DNA of 64,000 nucleotides, taken from the NCBI GenBank assembly GCA_963729605.1, contig CAVSNY010000007.1:1216001-1280000 (forward strand), written 5' to 3'. Within the stretch, counting starts at the first letter, position 1; each line of letters starts with the position of its first letter. Shown here piece by piece: positions 61,197 to 64,000 of the stretch. The notes under the pieces are model-generated. The model did not search any database. It had not been told where the DNA came from and saw nothing but the letters and a program-made list of their open reading frames with translations. Source of the DNA: an uncultured Gammaproteobacteria bacterium. GTDB taxonomy: Bacteria > Pseudomonadota > Gammaproteobacteria > DRLM01. The translations under genes and the position numbers were made by a program.

Positions 61197-62083
61197 AACA
61201 CATCATGCCGGTGATATTGTGCCTAATCGCGGCGACAGTGCCGATGCCCGGTGTGGCTGGAGATGATTCGTATTATCGAACAGGCGAGCCGGCGGTATTA
61301 ATCAACGCCGCGCCGAGCGGGACTGACCAGGCAGTGGAAGAGCGCACGCTGGTAGGATTCACGCGGGCGTACGCCGCGGTGCGGCGGCCGCGCATGGCGA
61401 TATTGTGGCACCGCGATCTCACCGATGAAATCTCCTCACATAAGAAGATCACTGGCAGTGTGACGACCGAACCTCCGTCGACGTTATCAAGTCAGCTGTC
61501 CGCGGTGCAGCGTACGGTGACGATCACGTTCGACACTGGCGGCTCCGGCCATAGCGTGCCGATGCTGTCTTCGTCAAGCGACGCGCAATTCCAAACCGGC
61601 TTCGAATCCACGTTGCGCAGTGCCGGCGTGAGACTGGTGGACAGGAATACGGCGATGCGCCTGACCGCGTTAAAGAACGTCGAACCCGGCGCTGACCCCG
61701 CCACGCTGGACACGCAGGCAGTCGAGATGTCGGCGCTGGTGAAGCACAGTGATTATTTCGTCGAGATCAGCTTTGTCCCCGGCGCCACGGAAGATAAGCC
61801 GGCGCCGCGTATCGCGGTGATTGCCTCCGCAAGCGGGGAGATCTTGGTCGATGTTATGCCGTCGCTCAGTGCTGACGCCGGGGGCGGGAGCCGGTGGGCT
61901 GCAACCGAGCAGGGGTTCGTACGTGTCGAGACGCCAAGCGAGCGCGCGCTGGTCACGGACGAAAGCGGTTTCCACCGGGTGCAGCCTAAGCCCGATGGCG
62001 TGATGGAAGGCCGTGCCGCAGCCTTGGCGTTGATGGAGCAACTGGTGCAGATCTGGACACCGGCGATCGGTGAAACGAAATAA
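61193..62083 (+). CDS. exported hypothetical protein with a CsgG/FlgT-like alpha/beta segment
   Basis: GTGA overlap with the previous stop, signal peptide, RPRMAILW, FESTLRSAGVRLVDR, ASASGEIL. Confidence 0.6.
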   Translation: MKHIMPVILCLIAATVPMPGVAGDDSYYRTGEPAVLINAAPSGTDQAVEERTLVGFTRAYAAVRRPRMAILWHRDLTDEISSHKKITGSVTTEPPSTLSSQLSAVQRTVTITFDTGGSGHSVPMLSSSSDAQFQTGFESTLRSAGVRLVDRNTAMRLTALKNVEPGADPATLDTQAVEMSALVKHSDYFVEISFVPGATEDKPAPRIAVIASASGEILVDVMPSLSADAGGGSRWAATEQGFVRVETPSERALVTDESGFHRVQPKPDGVMEGRAAALALMEQLVQIWTPAIGETK

Positions 62084-62542
62084 GATCGGCTTGAACGTGA
62101 GAAGAGAAGAGGAGTGGGGGATCATGGAGAGCAGCGGGATAATAAAGCAGTGACTGGTGGTGTCATGGATGGTAATCGCCCCGGTGCTGCGCGCGTGTAT
62201 CACGATGGCACGGCCACGAACGTGGTGGTCTCTTTGAACGTGGGTGGCACGCTCTTTCCTTTCCCTTCCCATATGTTCTCCGCTTCCGACGAGGAGTTTG
62301 GTGATTATAAAAGTAGGTTCCGTGTCGCGGATCTCCGTGTCCACGGTAACGGTACAGTGGATGTGCTGGCGCCGAATCTTGCACATTCCGCATCGCATGA
62401 TGATTTCGCCGATCGGTCGCCAAGAACAAGAAACCGGTTTATTGGTGCTGGCTAAATTCACGGTGAAAGAAGTCGATGGCACAGAGAGAGTGACTGCGGC
62501 AAAGCAACTCCGGAAGGAATGTGGAAAAAAATGGGGAGATAT

Positions 62543-63799
62543 ATGAATAGGTGTGTTTGGATCGTGGGTATGCCATTGATCTTGGCATCTATGCAACAAG
62601 CCGGCGCCGTATCTTTCGGCACCTTCGACCCCCGCTCGATGGCGATGGGCGGCGCGGGTGTGGCGGCTGGTACGAGTGCCAATGCGGGGTTCTTCAACCC
62701 GGCGCTGCTCGCCGCGGGGCGCAACGGCGAGGATTTCAGCCTGGAACTGCCCATCATCGGCGCGCGTGTCGCCGATCCCGACGAAATGATCACCAGCCTA
62801 GATGATTTCCAGGAGGCGGATTACATCGACGACTTCAGCGCCGCGGTCGACCAGTGGAACAATGCCACCACCGTCGGTGCATTGCAGACCGCTAAGGACG
62901 CGGTCGTGAGCACGGGCCGCGACCTCGTGACCGGCCTCGGCACTTTGTCGAACAAGGCGCTGCAGGGCGAGGTCAACGTCGGCGCGGTGGTGGGCATCCC
63001 GAGCCAGCGCCTCGGCGCCTCGGTGCAGGTGAGCTCGCGCGCGATGGGCGGTGCGCTGCTCGACATCACGCAGCAAGACGTCGACGCGATCAACGAGGTC
63101 ATCGACGGCCTCGAGAGCAACGACACCACCGGCATCGTCGACGGCAACGGCGACATCATCGATCCCACCGACAATCTCACCTCGACGGTGCAGGGCCGCG
63201 GCCTCGTGCTGTCGGAGGCGGGCGTGTCGCTGGCGCGCGAGTTCTCGCTGGCCGGCATGGCGGTGTCGTTCGGCGTGACGCCGAAGATCGTGCAGGTGAC
63301 GACCTTCGACTACCGCATGGACGTCGATACCGCCGACCTCGCGATAGACGAAGGCGAGAAGACCTACACCGATTTCAACCTCGACATCGGCGTGCTGCAC
63401 CGTTACGCCAACGGCTGGAGCACCGGCCTCGTGGTGAAGAATCTGATCCCGCAGGAGTACGAGACCGTCCTCGGCAACACCGTGAAGCTCGAGCCGCAGG
63501 TGCGCCTCGGCTTCGCCTACGAATGGCGGCAGGTGACACTGGCAGGCGATCTCGATCTTGTCGAGAACGAGGCCGCCGGCTTCGACGGCCCCACGCAGTA
63601 TGCGGCGGTCGGTGCCGAATGGAATGCCTGGAACGTGATGCAGCTGCGCGTCGGTTATCGCCACAATATCAGCGACAGCGACACCAGCGTGGCGTCGGTG
63701 GGCGTCGGCGTGTCGCCGTTCGGTGTGCACATCGATCTCGCGGCGATGGGCAACCAGGACGAGGTCGGCGCCGGCCTGCAGCTGGGCTTCCGCTTCTAG
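62543..63799 (+). CDS. TraF_2/FadL-like outer membrane beta-barrel protein
   Basis: FDPRSMAMGGAGVA..NPALL N-terminus, amphipathic strands, terminal LQLGFRF BAM signal. Confidence 0.8.
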   Translation: MNRCVWIVGMPLILASMQQAGAVSFGTFDPRSMAMGGAGVAAGTSANAGFFNPALLAAGRNGEDFSLELPIIGARVADPDEMITSLDDFQEADYIDDFSAAVDQWNNATTVGALQTAKDAVVSTGRDLVTGLGTLSNKALQGEVNVGAVVGIPSQRLGASVQVSSRAMGGALLDITQQDVDAINEVIDGLESNDTTGIVDGNGDIIDPTDNLTSTVQGRGLVLSEAGVSLAREFSLAGMAVSFGVTPKIVQVTTFDYRMDVDTADLAIDEGEKTYTDFNLDIGVLHRYANGWSTGLVVKNLIPQEYETVLGNTVKLEPQVRLGFAYEWRQVTLAGDLDLVENEAAGFDGPTQYAAVGAEWNAWNVMQLRVGYRHNISDSDTSVASVGVGVSPFGVHIDLAAMGNQDEVGAGLQLGFRF

Positions 63800-63824
63800 T
63801 CCCCACGCCAATTCATGACGCATG

Positions 63825-63856
63825 GCAACGGCCCCAGCGGGGCGGTTGCTTTTTTT
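63825..63856 (+). terminator. Rho-independent terminator
   Basis: GCAACGGCCCC-AGC-GGGGCGGTTGC hairpin followed by T7. Confidence 0.8.
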
Positions 63857-64000
63857 GGCCGCCGACTATGCCGCACGGCGACTTTGCTACAATGAATTGT
63901 GAGTATCATCAGCCGTTCGTGTGCTATGACGCCAGCTGAGAACAAAACTCCGGCCACACTCGCCGCCTCGAGCACTCGCTGCTCTTCCATGCTCAGGCGC

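Noticed and set aside
62114-62455. 113-aa ORF between the lipoprotein operon and the barrel gene
   Set aside because: No clear RBS or motif and competing ORFs in several frames; GAGTGGGG at about 62112 is too weak to call another att copy
62543-63799. Conjugative element implied by the TraF-like gene
   Set aside because: No relaxase, coupling protein or T4SS genes in the window

Overview
GC-rich gammaproteobacterial chromosome segment. 0-18.3 kb is core: fdxA, mutS, tatA, rhodanese, suhB, trmJ-cysE-iscR-iscS-iscA, and ndk-rlmN-pilW-rodZ-hisS-yfgM-bamB-der with ispG missing. 18.3-31.3 kb is accessory: Hsp20, DUF2934, a frameshifted Cfa-family methyltransferase plus FAD oxidoreductase (candidate 10-methyl fatty acid pathway), pgaABCD with frameshifted pgaB, a small secreted N/S/Q-rich protein, dodecin, an aspartyl protease and an EF-hand protein. 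31.3-36.8 kb is core again: M23 peptidase, xseA, guaB, guaA. Downstream of guaA lies accreted island DNA with no integrase in the window, marked by repeats of the guaA 3' end (38013, 50045) and a 279-bp internal guaA duplicate (54775). It carries cation antiporters, two USPs, a baeRF3+HPF pair, an Mrp-type operon, ISCR/IS91 remnants and many gene fragments. It also carries an intact group A [FeFe]-hydrogenase with a C-terminal SnoaL-like extension and no maturases nearby. The window ends with an AraC+2xLuxR operon facing an uncharacterised lipoprotein/beta-barrel envelope cluster. All family calls come from motif recognition by eye; no database searches were run.
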